64,000 bases of DNA from sequence record PZ496580.1; one strand, given 5' to 3'. Positions 10,033-19,549 of the stretch are shown here, piece by piece; positions within the stretch are counted from its first letter, which is position 1, and every line of letters starts with the position of its first letter. Made by a program: the position numbers and the translations under genes. Origin of the DNA: a phage. The notes beneath the pieces were generated by a model. That model was not told where the DNA came from and did no database searches. It was given only the letters and a program-made list of their open reading frames with translations.

Positions 10033-10619
10033 TTTAGTTTATGTTCCTCTAAAAATTCTTCAATTTCACCTTGCAGGTCTTCCGCTTGCTGTTCCAGAAT
10101 ATCGCGAAATTCACCTACAGTCAAGCGGTAATCACATTTCACCAGTCGATGCGGGAGAATATACCCTTTATACATTGTCTCTGACGCTTCCAGGAATACC
10201 CCGCTATGCATGACGGAGATCCAACCTGTTAACGTCAATGGAGTATTCGGAAAATAATACTTGCTGGATTGTTTCCACTGGACGAAAGCACCATATACAA
10301 TCGGATTATATTCACCAACCACACTCTTAATAATGGATTCTACTTTGTCTTTTACAAATACGCCCATATCCATAGTGGTCATCAATTCTTGTGGATGAAT
10401 CACTTTAAGGTAACGACGATAGTCATCATCATAATACAGCTTAACTACTGGTTCACCCCACATAGACGAAATATTCGCTTTCAGATATCCATAAATCGGA
10501 TTCTTATCATAGGATTGTTTTAGCGTGTAGGTATGCAACAGCGTAATAAAATGTCGCATTACCAGTTTATCTGGATCAACCGCGCCCATAGTCGTATTCA
10601 TAATATGTTCCTTTCTCAA
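10029..10619 (-). CDS. hypothetical protein
   Basis: 196-aa ORF between 47 and 46. Confidence 0.5.
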   Translation of the reverse strand: MRKEHIMNTTMGAVDPDKLVMRHFITLLHTYTLKQSYDKNPIYGYLKANISSMWGEPVVKLYYDDDYRRYLKVIHPQELMTTMDMGVFVKDKVESIIKSVVGEYNPIVYGAFVQWKQSSKYYFPNTPLTLTGWISVMHSGVFLEASETMYKGYILPHRLVKCDYRLTVGEFRDILEQQAEDLQGEIEEFLEEHKLK

Positions 10620-10899
10620 TTGCTTCTTGTTTCAGGTCTTCTAACATTTCATCAATAGCTTGTTTCAGCATATGACGCAGAGTAAAGTAGTAGTGTTCAT
10701 CAAATTCTATTTCTCGACGGGGAATAGAACGGAACTTACATTTAACGACTGTATCAGTCATTCGTTTTTCGACCAACATACGCACTTCTTGATGTTCTTT
10801 AGAATACCAGACCATCACATGCATATCTTTACGGCGAGCGAACATAGGCAAAGACGCATTAAACCATATTACCTTTTGTGCAAGTGTAAGGGTTTTCAT
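10576..10899 (-). CDS. hypothetical protein
   Basis: 107-aa ORF. Confidence 0.45.
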   Translation of the reverse strand: MKTLTLAQKVIWFNASLPMFARRKDMHVMVWYSKEHQEVRMLVEKRMTDTVVKCKFRSIPRREIEFDEHYYFTLRHMLKQAIDEMLEDLKQEAIEKGTYYEYDYGRG

Positions 10900-11159
10900 A
10901 GTACAGACTCCATAGATCCACGCGCAATAACATTCTGGGTGATATCAGCAATCTTACGGGATACGATGTTTGTTAGCCCTTCTTTGGTGATATTTTCACG
11001 ATCAAATGGGATTTCGTCATGAGTCCACAAACCATAGTTAGATCGAAATGATAGCATATACTGACCATCTCGCACAACCTCAAATACATGGATCTTAGTG
11101 AATTTCGATAAACCTTCGTTGATTTCTTTCAGTGCATTAGTAATCATAACAACCTCCAA
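10896..11159 (-). CDS. hypothetical protein
   Basis: 87-aa ORF directly downstream of gene 47. Confidence 0.45.
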   Translation of the reverse strand: MEVVMITNALKEINEGLSKFTKIHVFEVVRDGQYMLSFRSNYGLWTHDEIPFDRENITKEGLTNIVSRKIADITQNVIARGSMESVL

Positions 11160-11200
11160 TCAATTTTAGAGAGTATAACGGGGATTTCTCCCCGCGTCAA

Positions 11201-12226
11201 CTAACTTTTTGCGCTATTTACTTCGGCTAAAAGTTCATCAGAAATACGCTTGACCGCCGCAAGTTCTTCCGGTTCTAGGTTTTGTTCTTCCAGATATTCA
11301 TAGACCATCTGAATAGTGCTTTTAACTTCAATAACACCTGTTTCCTGTGATGCGCTACTCTCCAGTTTATGGACCACTTTTAGCTTGTGTACAACGGCCT
11401 CTAACGCGCTTTCTAACTTAGTTAACCCATTATCAGCGACCGTTGCGATAAGACGCACACTAAGCCCCTTAAAGCGTTCTACATCGATTTTATCATCTGA
11501 CGGGTAAGTGATACGCACATGATAAGTTTTGTCATTCTGAATAAACTCTTTTTTGTGTGTATCGGTATCGAATACCCAAAAACCACGCGGATCGTTTTCG
11601 TCACCCGCCGTTAGTGTGTATGGTGTACCGATATACGTTACGTTACCCCCATCACTAATAGTATGAAAATGACCAGAAAACACTTCACGGTATTTCTTGA
11701 GGAAGTCCGCGCTATAACCTTCGGATTTTAGCCCTTTATAGAAATAGTAACCGGACAATTCCCAATGGCCTACACAATATTCGCTGAATGAGTTTTGAAT
11801 AAACTCTAAAATCTCTGATTTATTGTCATCACAAAACCACGGGAACAGATCAAATGATACACCATCAAAGGTAACTGTTTCTGGTTTATCAATAACCTTA
11901 ATACAATCATACTGGCTTAACACTTCACGCGGTGCGTTAGGCTGGATCTTGTTTCGTTTAAACATATCATGATTCCCGACCGTGATATAACAAGTAATAC
12001 CAGCCTCTTCCAGTAGCGGGATGATTTTCGTTCTATTAAAACGCATAGTTGCATGTGTGATTGCTTTTCGGCAATCAAACCAGTCCCCTGTCTGAATCCA
12101 TGCCTTAATATTATGTTTTTTTGAATAATCGACTGCCTTTTTAATAGTATCAAGAATATACTCATGTATCCACGGATCATCGTTGCCGATACCAGTATGC
12201 AGATCACCCAAAAGCAAAATTTTCAT
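11201..12226 (-). CDS. 47: recombination endonuclease subunit gp47 (SbcD/Mre11-like phosphoesterase)
   Basis: MKILLLGDLHTG and GNHD metallophosphatase motifs; colinear with T4 gp47. Confidence 0.9.
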   Translation of the reverse strand: MKILLLGDLHTGIGNDDPWIHEYILDTIKKAVDYSKKHNIKAWIQTGDWFDCRKAITHATMRFNRTKIIPLLEEAGITCYITVGNHDMFKRNKIQPNAPREVLSQYDCIKVIDKPETVTFDGVSFDLFPWFCDDNKSEILEFIQNSFSEYCVGHWELSGYYFYKGLKSEGYSADFLKKYREVFSGHFHTISDGGNVTYIGTPYTLTAGDENDPRGFWVFDTDTHKKEFIQNDKTYHVRITYPSDDKIDVERFKGLSVRLIATVADNGLTKLESALEAVVHKLKVVHKLESSASQETGVIEVKSTIQMVYEYLEEQNLEPEELAAVKRISDELLAEVNSAKS

Positions 12227-12241
12227 ATTATACATAATCTC

Positions 12242-12796
12242 CTAAAAATTTTTAACACCATATTCACCAAAATAAAGATCAACCGCTTTGTCATAAGCTC
12301 TGGCCGCATCTTCTTCGTTGACATAATACCCAAGAGATATTAGTTTATCATTATTTCGTATTCTTGCAACCCATTTCTTCGTATGTTTATGCCAGCTAAC
12401 CCCTTTATACTTGCTTGCTTTATTCTTGTACTTTCCAACGTTACAAGCATTTTTCTTTGCGTCGGACTCTCTAAGATTGCGCGGTGCGTTGTTTAAAGGA
12501 TTTCGGTCTATATGATCTATAATTTCTGGTTGTGTTCCATGCTCAAGAAACCATACAATACGATGTACATATGGCTTTAAAACCCTCCCATTATCCATAA
12601 CAATTGCAATTTGGAGATGATCCTGACTTTTAAAAGTTTTTACTTTATCTCCTGCCTTATAAAACTTTCCTTCGTAATTCTTTCCTCCGGCTCGGCTATT
12701 CTTTAAATGATAAAGAATACCATCGTCGTCATGTCTATATCTTTCTCGTATAATTCGTTGCGTTTCTTCATCCCACAATTTGGAACGTCTACTCAT
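12242..12796 (-). CDS. HNH homing endonuclease with C-terminal AP2 DNA-binding domain
   Basis: HNH core IDHIDRNPLNNAPRNLR; AP2-like YKGVSWHKHTKKWVARIRNNDKLISLGYYVNEEDAARAYDKA; free-standing 6 nt upstream of gene 47. Confidence 0.8.
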   Translation of the reverse strand: MSRRSKLWDEETQRIIRERYRHDDDGILYHLKNSRAGGKNYEGKFYKAGDKVKTFKSQDHLQIAIVMDNGRVLKPYVHRIVWFLEHGTQPEIIDHIDRNPLNNAPRNLRESDAKKNACNVGKYKNKASKYKGVSWHKHTKKWVARIRNNDKLISLGYYVNEEDAARAYDKAVDLYFGEYGVKNF

Positions 12797-12837
12797 AGTC
12801 TCTTCCTCTCTTCGTTTTCGATGCTCTCACTATATCA

Positions 12838-12864
12838 CAGAAAAATAAAAAGGGAAACCCCTTT
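12838..12864 (-). terminator. candidate intrinsic terminator (weak stem plus T-run)
   Basis: minus strand gaaagggGTTTccctttttattttt. Confidence 0.35.
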
Positions 12865-12886
12865 CAGAGTCTCCCTTATAAAGCCA

Positions 12887-13174
12887 TTACAGCATACTTA
12901 ATACCGTTTGCCGTGTACTAACCCACATAGCAGAAAGCAGTTCTGGCGTGTGTGGCTGTTTGTAGATATCACGTAATTTTCCGATAGCGTAGATATACGC
13001 ATCACGGTTATCATCGATGATAGCTTGTTCAGCCCACCTCTTAAGGCGTGCAATCTCTCGCGAGTTCTTACGCAAGATCTTTTCCGCTTTCTTAGCGGCT
13101 TTCGCCTCTAGTTCTGCTTGTACTTTGTCTACTTCATTCACTACAATCTGGTCATGTTGTTCATCGTAAGTCAT
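12887..13174 (-). CDS. hypothetical protein
   Basis: 95-aa ORF, lysine/alanine-rich helical segment. Confidence 0.5.
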   Translation of the reverse strand: MTYDEQHDQIVVNEVDKVQAELEAKAAKKAEKILRKNSREIARLKRWAEQAIIDDNRDAYIYAIGKLRDIYKQPHTPELLSAMWVSTRQTVLSML

Positions 13175-13175
13175 A

Positions 13176-13409
13176 TTATTTTCCTTCTGGGATATAGTCG
13201 ATGATTAAAGAAAATTCATCTTCTGATACATTATAGCTATGTGAGATTGTACCCGTAAAGACCTCAAGGTCCGGTGATTTGATATTGCACGGATCGATAA
13301 TCACCGGAACGCCGCAATCTCTCAAAAATAATTTGGCGAAATACGGCACAAGGTCAGTTTCAAACTCTGCTTCTTCCAGCAAACGGGAAATGTTAATTTT
13401 CAATCTCAT
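13176..13409 (-). CDS. hypothetical protein
   Basis: 77-aa ORF immediately downstream of gene 55. Confidence 0.45.
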   Translation of the reverse strand: MRLKINISRLLEEAEFETDLVPYFAKLFLRDCGVPVIIDPCNIKSPDLEVFTGTISHSYNVSEDEFSLIIDYIPEGK

Positions 13410-13926
13410 AAAATTGGTCCAGGCTAGGCAATTCCTCGGTCAATACATCTTCAACCTTTGGCGCTTTCGGTTTATTGACCGATTCCTCGTAGTTGTTGAT
13501 TTTATCGTAAATGTCCTGTATGAATGCCTCATCCGCAATCTGGCACATATCAGCGTCGCGTTCGTCATATACATGATGCACAAAATATTTGTATTTTGCG
13601 GCGGTTGCTGTTCTTTCTTTTTTAATGCGCTGTACAAAGGCATTAAAGCACGCTTGCGTAATGTAAGCATGAGGATTTTTATACTTTGTCTCGTCAAAAT
13701 TAATCAAACCCTTGACCGCCGCTTCGATTCCATCGTCGATCATTTCTTCGCGCCACGTTTGACTATAGCCAGAAAAGTTAAAACGCCGTGATAGATTTTT
13801 AGAGATTTGCATAATTGCTAGGCCGATTTGGTCGCTCATTGGCACTTGTCGACCTTCGGCTGCAATTCGTTGTTTCCAACGGCAAATTTCTTCGTAAAGC
13901 TCTTTATTGTTTACATAATCAGACAC
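13393..13926 (-). CDS. 55: late-promoter sigma factor gp55
   Basis: 177 aa; recalled T4 gp55 similarity ([55 protein letters not shown]). Confidence 0.9.
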   Translation of the reverse strand: MSDYVNNKELYEEICRWKQRIAAEGRQVPMSDQIGLAIMQISKNLSRRFNFSGYSQTWREEMIDDGIEAAVKGLINFDETKYKNPHAYITQACFNAFVQRIKKERTATAAKYKYFVHHVYDERDADMCQIADEAFIQDIYDKINNYEESVNKPKAPKVEDVLTEELPSLDQFYEIEN

Positions 13927-13966
13927 TTCGCACCCTCGCTATTATTTAGGAAATAACCCTTTCGGG

Positions 13967-15436
13967 CTATTCCCCATTACCATTATACTTTCTTTGCTTA
14001 GTTATCCACACTCTAACCATCTCTACAGATTCGCCGTCAGACGGATCAAGAGTTTTTCCTTTTTTCTTCATGCGGTACTTAAATCCGTTAAATCTTGCAT
14101 TCTCTTGCTCGTTAAAGTCGAACATCTTTTTAAATGATTTTCGCCCTTTACGCTCACCGCATTCTAGAGGAATCATTCGGTCTGTTATTACATTGGCATT
14201 AGGTAGAAACGTTTTTAGATAATCTACCAACGCCCAATCAGGAACATATAGATTAACATTCTCCTTGCTCTCGTTGTCTCTCAGGTTACAACGCAAACAT
14301 AATTGAAATGCTGGTTCCAGATAATCAGACACATGACGCGCTTTCAAAAACTCGTTTGTTGGGAGATCGCAACTATTAGCAAGACCTTTTAAAATATCAA
14401 TCTCCCATCGTTGAGGGTTAAAGCTGAACATCACAGCAACATTTTTATGATGAATGTAAGAGTTAAGACCATAAGATCCGTAAGGTATCCGCTCACCAAT
14501 ACCATTTGTGCACGCTTCTCGGTCCCGATTCACGGTATAAATGAAGTCATCACCACATTCATTTTTAACCATATCAACAAGACGTTCAAAGGTATTGTTT
14601 GTTTCTGACTGGTGACGCGACCATCGTTCAGAGTCCGTCATAAGGATGATATTAACTCTATCTGTATTTTTATACTCTTTGAAATATAGTCTGGATTCTA
14701 GCGCACTCGGAACAAAATCACAATTTGCATAGTATCGTAGATACTTCCCACTATATGTATCAAAGAGATTTGCACATGCTATCGTAACCTTTTTAAAGTC
14801 TCCCCACGTACCGTGTTTGTTATCGTTCAAGAAAACAATTTTCGACCCATTCTTCCGGTGGCCTTCGTTATGTTTTACCATAACGTTGATTTTCTTCTCT
14901 AATAACGCCTCATAAAGCCCTCTAAGAGAAGAATCGATCATATCAGTACCATCCTTTGCACTTTCTATCTTTTCTTTGATAGCGGCCTTCTCAGAGTCTT
15001 TTAGAACTAAGTTCTGTAGGCATTCCGATTCGTCGGCGATTGGTTCGCAATGCTTCGTGATAAGTTCAAGATTAGACTTAAACGGATACTCATTAAATTC
15101 AACCAGTTGAGGAACTTCATCAATGTAAAGAGCATAATCACCAAACATTTTTGAACGTTCCATATTAGATAACGCTGTATGTGTAATGAATATCACATCA
15201 GCACCATCTTTAACTGATTGCATTATCGACGCTTGCACTGTCTTAAGGCTTCTTAGTCTTGTGCTATCAATCAAGACAGCACGACCGCCCATTCTTTTAA
15301 ACTTATTGTAAGATTGTTCACTTAAAACACGAGATGGCGAAGCAATAACCGCTTTTTCTTTTGTCTCTAGGACGTGGGAAAGTATAGCATCAGTTTTCCC
15401 CGCCGCTGGCAATGCGATTAATGTTTCAATCTTCAT
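13967..15436 (-). CDS. P-loop NTPase of unknown function (N-terminal Walker A, helicase-like motifs)
   Basis: 489 aa; N-terminal ALPAAGKTDAIL Walker A, downstream LYIDEVPQ Walker-B-like; no confident family assignment. Confidence 0.6.
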   Translation of the reverse strand: MKIETLIALPAAGKTDAILSHVLETKEKAVIASPSRVLSEQSYNKFKRMGGRAVLIDSTRLRSLKTVQASIMQSVKDGADVIFITHTALSNMERSKMFGDYALYIDEVPQLVEFNEYPFKSNLELITKHCEPIADESECLQNLVLKDSEKAAIKEKIESAKDGTDMIDSSLRGLYEALLEKKINVMVKHNEGHRKNGSKIVFLNDNKHGTWGDFKKVTIACANLFDTYSGKYLRYYANCDFVPSALESRLYFKEYKNTDRVNIILMTDSERWSRHQSETNNTFERLVDMVKNECGDDFIYTVNRDREACTNGIGERIPYGSYGLNSYIHHKNVAVMFSFNPQRWEIDILKGLANSCDLPTNEFLKARHVSDYLEPAFQLCLRCNLRDNESKENVNLYVPDWALVDYLKTFLPNANVITDRMIPLECGERKGRKSFKKMFDFNEQENARFNGFKYRMKKKGKTLDPSDGESVEMVRVWITKQRKYNGNGE

Positions 15437-15741
15437 TAGAAACCCTTACGTCGTGCTTTCTGACATTTCTTGATCATTTTATCAGAAATTTCGCGCTTCG
15501 GTGCAATCTCTTTCACACCGAAAGCACTAATGCCAAATTCAGAGAGAATATATTCAACCAACAATTCACGCACACGCGCTTTACCGATATTCACGCCGTT
15601 ATTTTTCAGATATGTCTGGCCTTCGACTTGCATCAGATCTAAATCCGCGTCGGTAATATTGATTTCTTCCATGCGCCCAAATCGAGAATAAACCATGTGT
15701 GCGATTGCATTGTGTACTAACATAATATATTCCTCACTCAA
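15436..15741 (-). CDS. hypothetical protein
   Basis: 101-aa ORF. Confidence 0.5.
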   Translation of the reverse strand: MSEEYIMLVHNAIAHMVYSRFGRMEEINITDADLDLMQVEGQTYLKNNGVNIGKARVRELLVEYILSEFGISAFGVKEIAPKREISDKMIKKCQKARRKGF

Positions 15742-15744
15742 GAA

Positions 15745-15903
15745 TTACTTAATGATACTTACTTTACCAGATCCGTGACAATGAGCGCAACACCCATCAC
15801 CACGCAATCCTGTTCCGTTACAGTGTTTACACGTCTTCAACGGTAAAGCCATTATAGCAAATAAAGCAATAATGAACACCGAAACTAAATTCTCAATAAT
15901 CAT
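15745..15903 (-). CDS. small membrane-anchored protein with two CxxCxGxG zinc-finger motifs (not in ORF track, 52 aa)
   Basis: hand translation MIIENLVSVFIIALFAIMALPLKTCKHCNGTGLRGDGCCAHCHGSGKVSIIK. Confidence 0.4.
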   Translation of the reverse strand: MIIENLVSVFIIALFAIMALPLKTCKHCNGTGLRGDGCCAHCHGSGKVSIIK

Positions 15904-16162
15904 AAATCGCCCTCAGTTCTTTATAGCCTCCAATGTGCTCGTTGTCAATGAATATCTGGGGGTATACAAATCGGAGGCTCTTTGAGTTCAGCCTCCCCGC
16001 CAGTTCTTCAATCATATCACGGTCGGGAATAATGTCAACCCCAACCTGCTTGAATACTGGTTTAAGTGTATACGGAATACCCAGATCATCCAGTAGCTTC
16101 ATTGCACTAATACAACCATAACAATGATAAGCCTCTTTCGGTATACCGTATATCTCGATCAT
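15893..16162 (-). CDS. nrdH: glutaredoxin-like protein (NrdH-type redoxin)
   Basis: 89 aa; CYGC active site and YPQIFIDNEHIGGY glutaredoxin signature. Confidence 0.75.
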   Translation of the reverse strand: MIEIYGIPKEAYHCYGCISAMKLLDDLGIPYTLKPVFKQVGVDIIPDRDMIEELAGRLNSKSLRFVYPQIFIDNEHIGGYKELRAIYDY

Positions 16163-16665
16163 TTCTCAGCCTTTAATCTTTCTAGTTCTTCTTCCAGTTC
16201 CTTAATGCGCTTCTCGCGTTCAATATCACGTTGGATCTTAGTGGCGAATACTCGTTTAAACTGACTATAGTCATCAATTTTAAATACTTCCTCTTCACCA
16301 TATCGACGTACAGAAACTTCGTAGTTGTTGAAAAATTGTTCCAACATTGCATCAGTGGTCAGTTCTGCCGATACCACTTTAAAATGACGTTCTTCTGATT
16401 GCAAAAACCAGTTGTGCGCGTATTCCCGTACATCATCAACATTGCGGCAGGTGTATACCGTGCCATCAATTTCAATCGCAGAAACATAATCATCATCCGA
16501 TGCATGGTGATCAAATGCAATAACTTTAAATGGACGGTCGCCGATAAACTCTGCTATTGCATCATTTGCAACGCTAAAGTTTGCAAAATCTTTTCTCGTT
16601 TTCTTATCTTTCCACTGATAGGTCACGCCAGCAACAAACATATTACCATCCTCGCTCTTTACCAA
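16159..16665 (-). CDS. paralog-family protein (member A1), C-terminal coiled coil
   Basis: GVTYQWKDKKTRKDF ... RPFKVIAFD ... IEIDGTVYT module shared with neighbouring ORFs. Confidence 0.6.
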   Translation of the reverse strand: MVKSEDGNMFVAGVTYQWKDKKTRKDFANFSVANDAIAEFIGDRPFKVIAFDHHASDDDYVSAIEIDGTVYTCRNVDDVREYAHNWFLQSEERHFKVVSAELTTDAMLEQFFNNYEVSVRRYGEEEVFKIDDYSQFKRVFATKIQRDIEREKRIKELEEELERLKAEK

Positions 16666-17467
16666 TCAAAAATTCAACTTCACGACGTTTAATGTCTTCT
16701 TGAAGGTCTTTAATCTTCTGTCGATCTTGCATGATTTCGTCCATCTTGTCAAGTGCTGCAATGAAATCATCGAAACGTTCAAAGGTTTTACCTTCATTTG
16801 CTTCGCTAAATTTAACCATAGTCAGACCGTAACGACTACTAAACAGACGTTTCAACTGTCCAACGATCTTAGAATCAGTGGTTATAACTTCCAATTCTTC
16901 TACTTCTTGAAAGAATTTTCTATCAGAATCAATAAACCAGCTAGTTCCTTTATGGTCTCTATCTCCGGTTGCGCTCATTAGAGTATGGTCTTTACCATCA
17001 ATTTCAATTACATCAATTTGCCCACATGGACTAACATTTTTAACAGTAAAAGGTCTATAATTTATTGCTCGTGCAATAACATAATTAAGGTTAGATACGT
17101 TTTCAGCATAATGGCAGAAGTCGGTCATAGCCTTCGCATCTTTCCAAGTATAAGTTTTACCAACTTCCCATTTCTGGGGAACTTCTTCAACTTCACGAAA
17201 GAATTTTCTATCGAATGGACTAAAGAAATATGTTGCAGTCCAAATGTCTTTTCCTGTAGCAGTTTTCGCCGTATGATAAACACCGTCTAGCTCTATTGCA
17301 TTAATCCAACCGTTACCCTCGATCTCGATGATGGTAAATGGCTTGTCACCAATAGCTGCACTAATATCGCTGTTAAGTGGAGAAAGAACACCTTCTCCGT
17401 TAGTAATAAACTCAGTTTTAGCGTTTTCATCTTTCCAAGTGTAAGTTTTACCAATTTCCCATTTCAT
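16643..17467 (-). CDS. paralog-family protein (member A2, two tandem copies of the module)
   Basis: WEIGKTYTWKDENAKTEF and WEVGKTYTWKDAKAMTDF repeats each followed by ..PFT.. IEIDG .. DRKFF.EVEE. Confidence 0.6.
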   Translation of the reverse strand: MKWEIGKTYTWKDENAKTEFITNGEGVLSPLNSDISAAIGDKPFTIIEIEGNGWINAIELDGVYHTAKTATGKDIWTATYFFSPFDRKFFREVEEVPQKWEVGKTYTWKDAKAMTDFCHYAENVSNLNYVIARAINYRPFTVKNVSPCGQIDVIEIDGKDHTLMSATGDRDHKGTSWFIDSDRKFFQEVEELEVITTDSKIVGQLKRLFSSRYGLTMVKFSEANEGKTFERFDDFIAALDKMDEIMQDRQKIKDLQEDIKRREVEFLIGKERGW

Positions 17468-17479
17468 AATATATTCCCC

Positions 17480-17959
17480 TTAACCGATTTTATCAAGTTC
17501 GTTTAATGCTTTCTCTGCTTCCTGTATAGCTTGCACCCTTTCCGGCATTTTGTCAAGAAAATCTTTCAACTCTTCAAAACTGGAGATATGACGCAAGGCA
17601 TTAGCACCGATAGCCGCATGTGATTTGCATTCAAAGCGAATTTTATAATTATCCATCGCCAACTTGAGAAGATCAATTAGTTTAGATTCTTCTGGAATAA
17701 TAATTTCTTCAAATCTGCTACGGTCGTGATCCAGAAACCAACAAGATAGACCTACATCGGTTGAACTCATATAAGTTCCATCATGAAGATATACAGATCG
17801 CACGTATCCTTTTTTCGCATCAACCGACGCAACTTTAAACGGTAATCTCAGATATTTCAAATAATCAACATCATACCATTTAAAAAATTGGTTTGCATCT
17901 TTTACATCTTTCCACGCATAGGTCTTACCAGCTTCCCATTTCATAATATCATCTCTCAT
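17480..17959 (-). CDS. paralog-family protein (member A3)
   Basis: WEAGKTYAWKDVKDANQFF module, helical C-terminus. Confidence 0.6.
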   Translation of the reverse strand: MRDDIMKWEAGKTYAWKDVKDANQFFKWYDVDYLKYLRLPFKVASVDAKKGYVRSVYLHDGTYMSSTDVGLSCWFLDHDRSRFEEIIIPEESKLIDLLKLAMDNYKIRFECKSHAAIGANALRHISSFEELKDFLDKMPERVQAIQEAEKALNELDKIG

Positions 17960-18497
17960 TTTTGATACGTGATTCTAATTGGATCATACGGTCGCGCGTT
18001 TGCTTGTATTCGCGGATAGCACCGATACGGCTAGGCATACCATTTAGAACGCTCTTAATACCTTCTAGGGTAGTAATTTTAGCAATGCTATTATGTAACC
18101 CCATCTTATCGATTAACTGAATATCGTAGGCTTCCATAAGCAGACCCAGACGTTCTAAGGTTAAATCTTGTTCTTTATCTTCTTCCTTTTCTTCCGGTTC
18201 TGGGATTTCTTTGTTAATAGTAGCTTCGGTAAAGAAACGACGCTCACCTGCCCAAAACCACACACCGGAAAAGCCAATAGGGGATTCTTTTAACGTCATA
18301 GAGTCGTAACCACTGCCGATAATAGTAATTTCTCTAACATCACCATCATCGTCAATGTCTTCTACCCTAAACGGGCGACCAGCCAACAAGTCCACAATAC
18401 ATCTGTTAATAGACGACGAAAATTTAGTCAGTTCGGCTTTCGACGCTTCGCATTCAATCTTGTAAGTTTTACCAACTTCCCATTCCATAATAATCAC
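17949..18497 (-). CDS. paralog-family protein (member A4)
   Basis: WEVGKTYKIECEASKAELTKF ... RPFRVEDID module, acidic linker, helical C-terminus. Confidence 0.6.
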   Translation of the reverse strand: MIIMEWEVGKTYKIECEASKAELTKFSSSINRCIVDLLAGRPFRVEDIDDDGDVREITIIGSGYDSMTLKESPIGFSGVWFWAGERRFFTEATINKEIPEPEEKEEDKEQDLTLERLGLLMEAYDIQLIDKMGLHNSIAKITTLEGIKSVLNGMPSRIGAIREYKQTRDRMIQLESRIKNER

Positions 18498-18498
18498 C

Positions 18499-19008
18499 TC
18501 AAATAATTTTCACTGGAATACTATTAACAATCTTGTATTGTACTTGATTGTCGGACCCCCGCCACGGCTTCTTCGTTGGCATATCTTTAATATAACGCCC
18601 ATCGATGAACATGTCAACCGATTCTACAATTTTTCTTTGCTCATCATTCAATTGGTCAAGGGTATAACCAGACCATAGCCAAATATCTTTATTTGGCATC
18701 CATGATTTTACTTCATCGATGATCCGCTGTACACCCTTTAAATTGCGTTTATACAGTGGATCGCCACCTAAGAATGTTAGCCCCTGAATAAAATCAGGTC
18801 TAAGCAGATCCAGAATCAATCCCATTGTATCATCAGTGAATGGTTCCCCGTTCTTAGGATTGAGTAGGCTAGCATTAAAGCAACCATCACATGCGTGTGA
18901 ACATCCGGTAACGTAAAGGGAGACTCTCACTCCCTCACCGTTAACCATATCACAATCTTTAATATCGGCATAGCGTAGTTTGCCGTATGTATCAGAACTC
19001 ATATTCAA
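18499..19008 (-). CDS. nrdG: anaerobic ribonucleotide reductase activating protein NrdG (radical SAM)
   Basis: CSHACDGC radical-SAM cysteine triad, GGDPLY, WRGSDNQ; colinear with T4 NrdG. Confidence 0.9.
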   Translation of the reverse strand: MNMSSDTYGKLRYADIKDCDMVNGEGVRVSLYVTGCSHACDGCFNASLLNPKNGEPFTDDTMGLILDLLRPDFIQGLTFLGGDPLYKRNLKGVQRIIDEVKSWMPNKDIWLWSGYTLDQLNDEQRKIVESVDMFIDGRYIKDMPTKKPWRGSDNQVQYKIVNSIPVKII

Positions 19009-19219
19009 TTACCCCAAACTCGTTTACAATCTGCGCTTTATAGTATCCACCGCGAGATGCTAATAGATAAGCCGGGCTTAGGTATTCGTATTCACGGATT
19101 TCTACTTGTGCGTTTTCAGTTTCCCAAATCAGTAAAGTCCACATATTTGATTCTCCTGTAAAGTTGTATCTCGTCTTGATGAATATAGTATAGGGGATCT
19201 CTCGATCCCCGTCAAGCAT
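18992..19219 (-). CDS. hypothetical protein
   Basis: 75-aa ORF. Confidence 0.45.
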   Translation of the reverse strand: MLDGDREIPYTIFIKTRYNFTGESNMWTLLIWETENAQVEIREYEYLSPAYLLASRGGYYKAQIVNEFGVIEYEF

Positions 19220-19549
19220 TTATTTTAAATTTTTTCGAATGTATTCAGACCATTCCTTCCCTGTCAGTTCGGTCCCATTCTGGAAACTGAAATATTCATA
19301 CGGCATAGAGTCAAGATAAAACAGGATCATACATCGCGCCATATAATACCAATCACGATTAAAGTAAACTACGTTATCACCAGTACCATCAGCACCTTTA
19401 TCATAACCATCGCGGGTACGGGCGACCCATTGAATAGTATCATTTTTCTCACGGATAGTAACAGGTTCCCAATATCCAGCACCATCCAGCATGACCACAC
19501 GAACAAGTAAGGAAATATTGGCCTTTTGATTTGTTGTCATCCCATTCAC
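19220..19549 (-). CDS. hypothetical protein (overlaps upstream ORF by ~100 nt; possible frameshifted single gene)
   Basis: 109-aa ORF; track start codon is not ATG (first ATG a few codons in). Confidence 0.4.
   Translation of the reverse strand: MNGMTTNQKANISLLVRVVMLDGAGYWEPVTIREKNDTIQWVARTRDGYDKGADGTGDNVVYFNRDWYYMARCMILFYLDSMPYEYFSFQNGTELTGKEWSEYIRKNLK

Larger units (their letters stand above)
12236..12886 (-). mobile_element. putative free-standing homing endonuclease insertion between gene 55 side and gene 47
   Basis: HNH-AP2 ORF flanked by conserved core genes; followed on the upstream side by a terminator-like hairpin. Confidence 0.5.
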
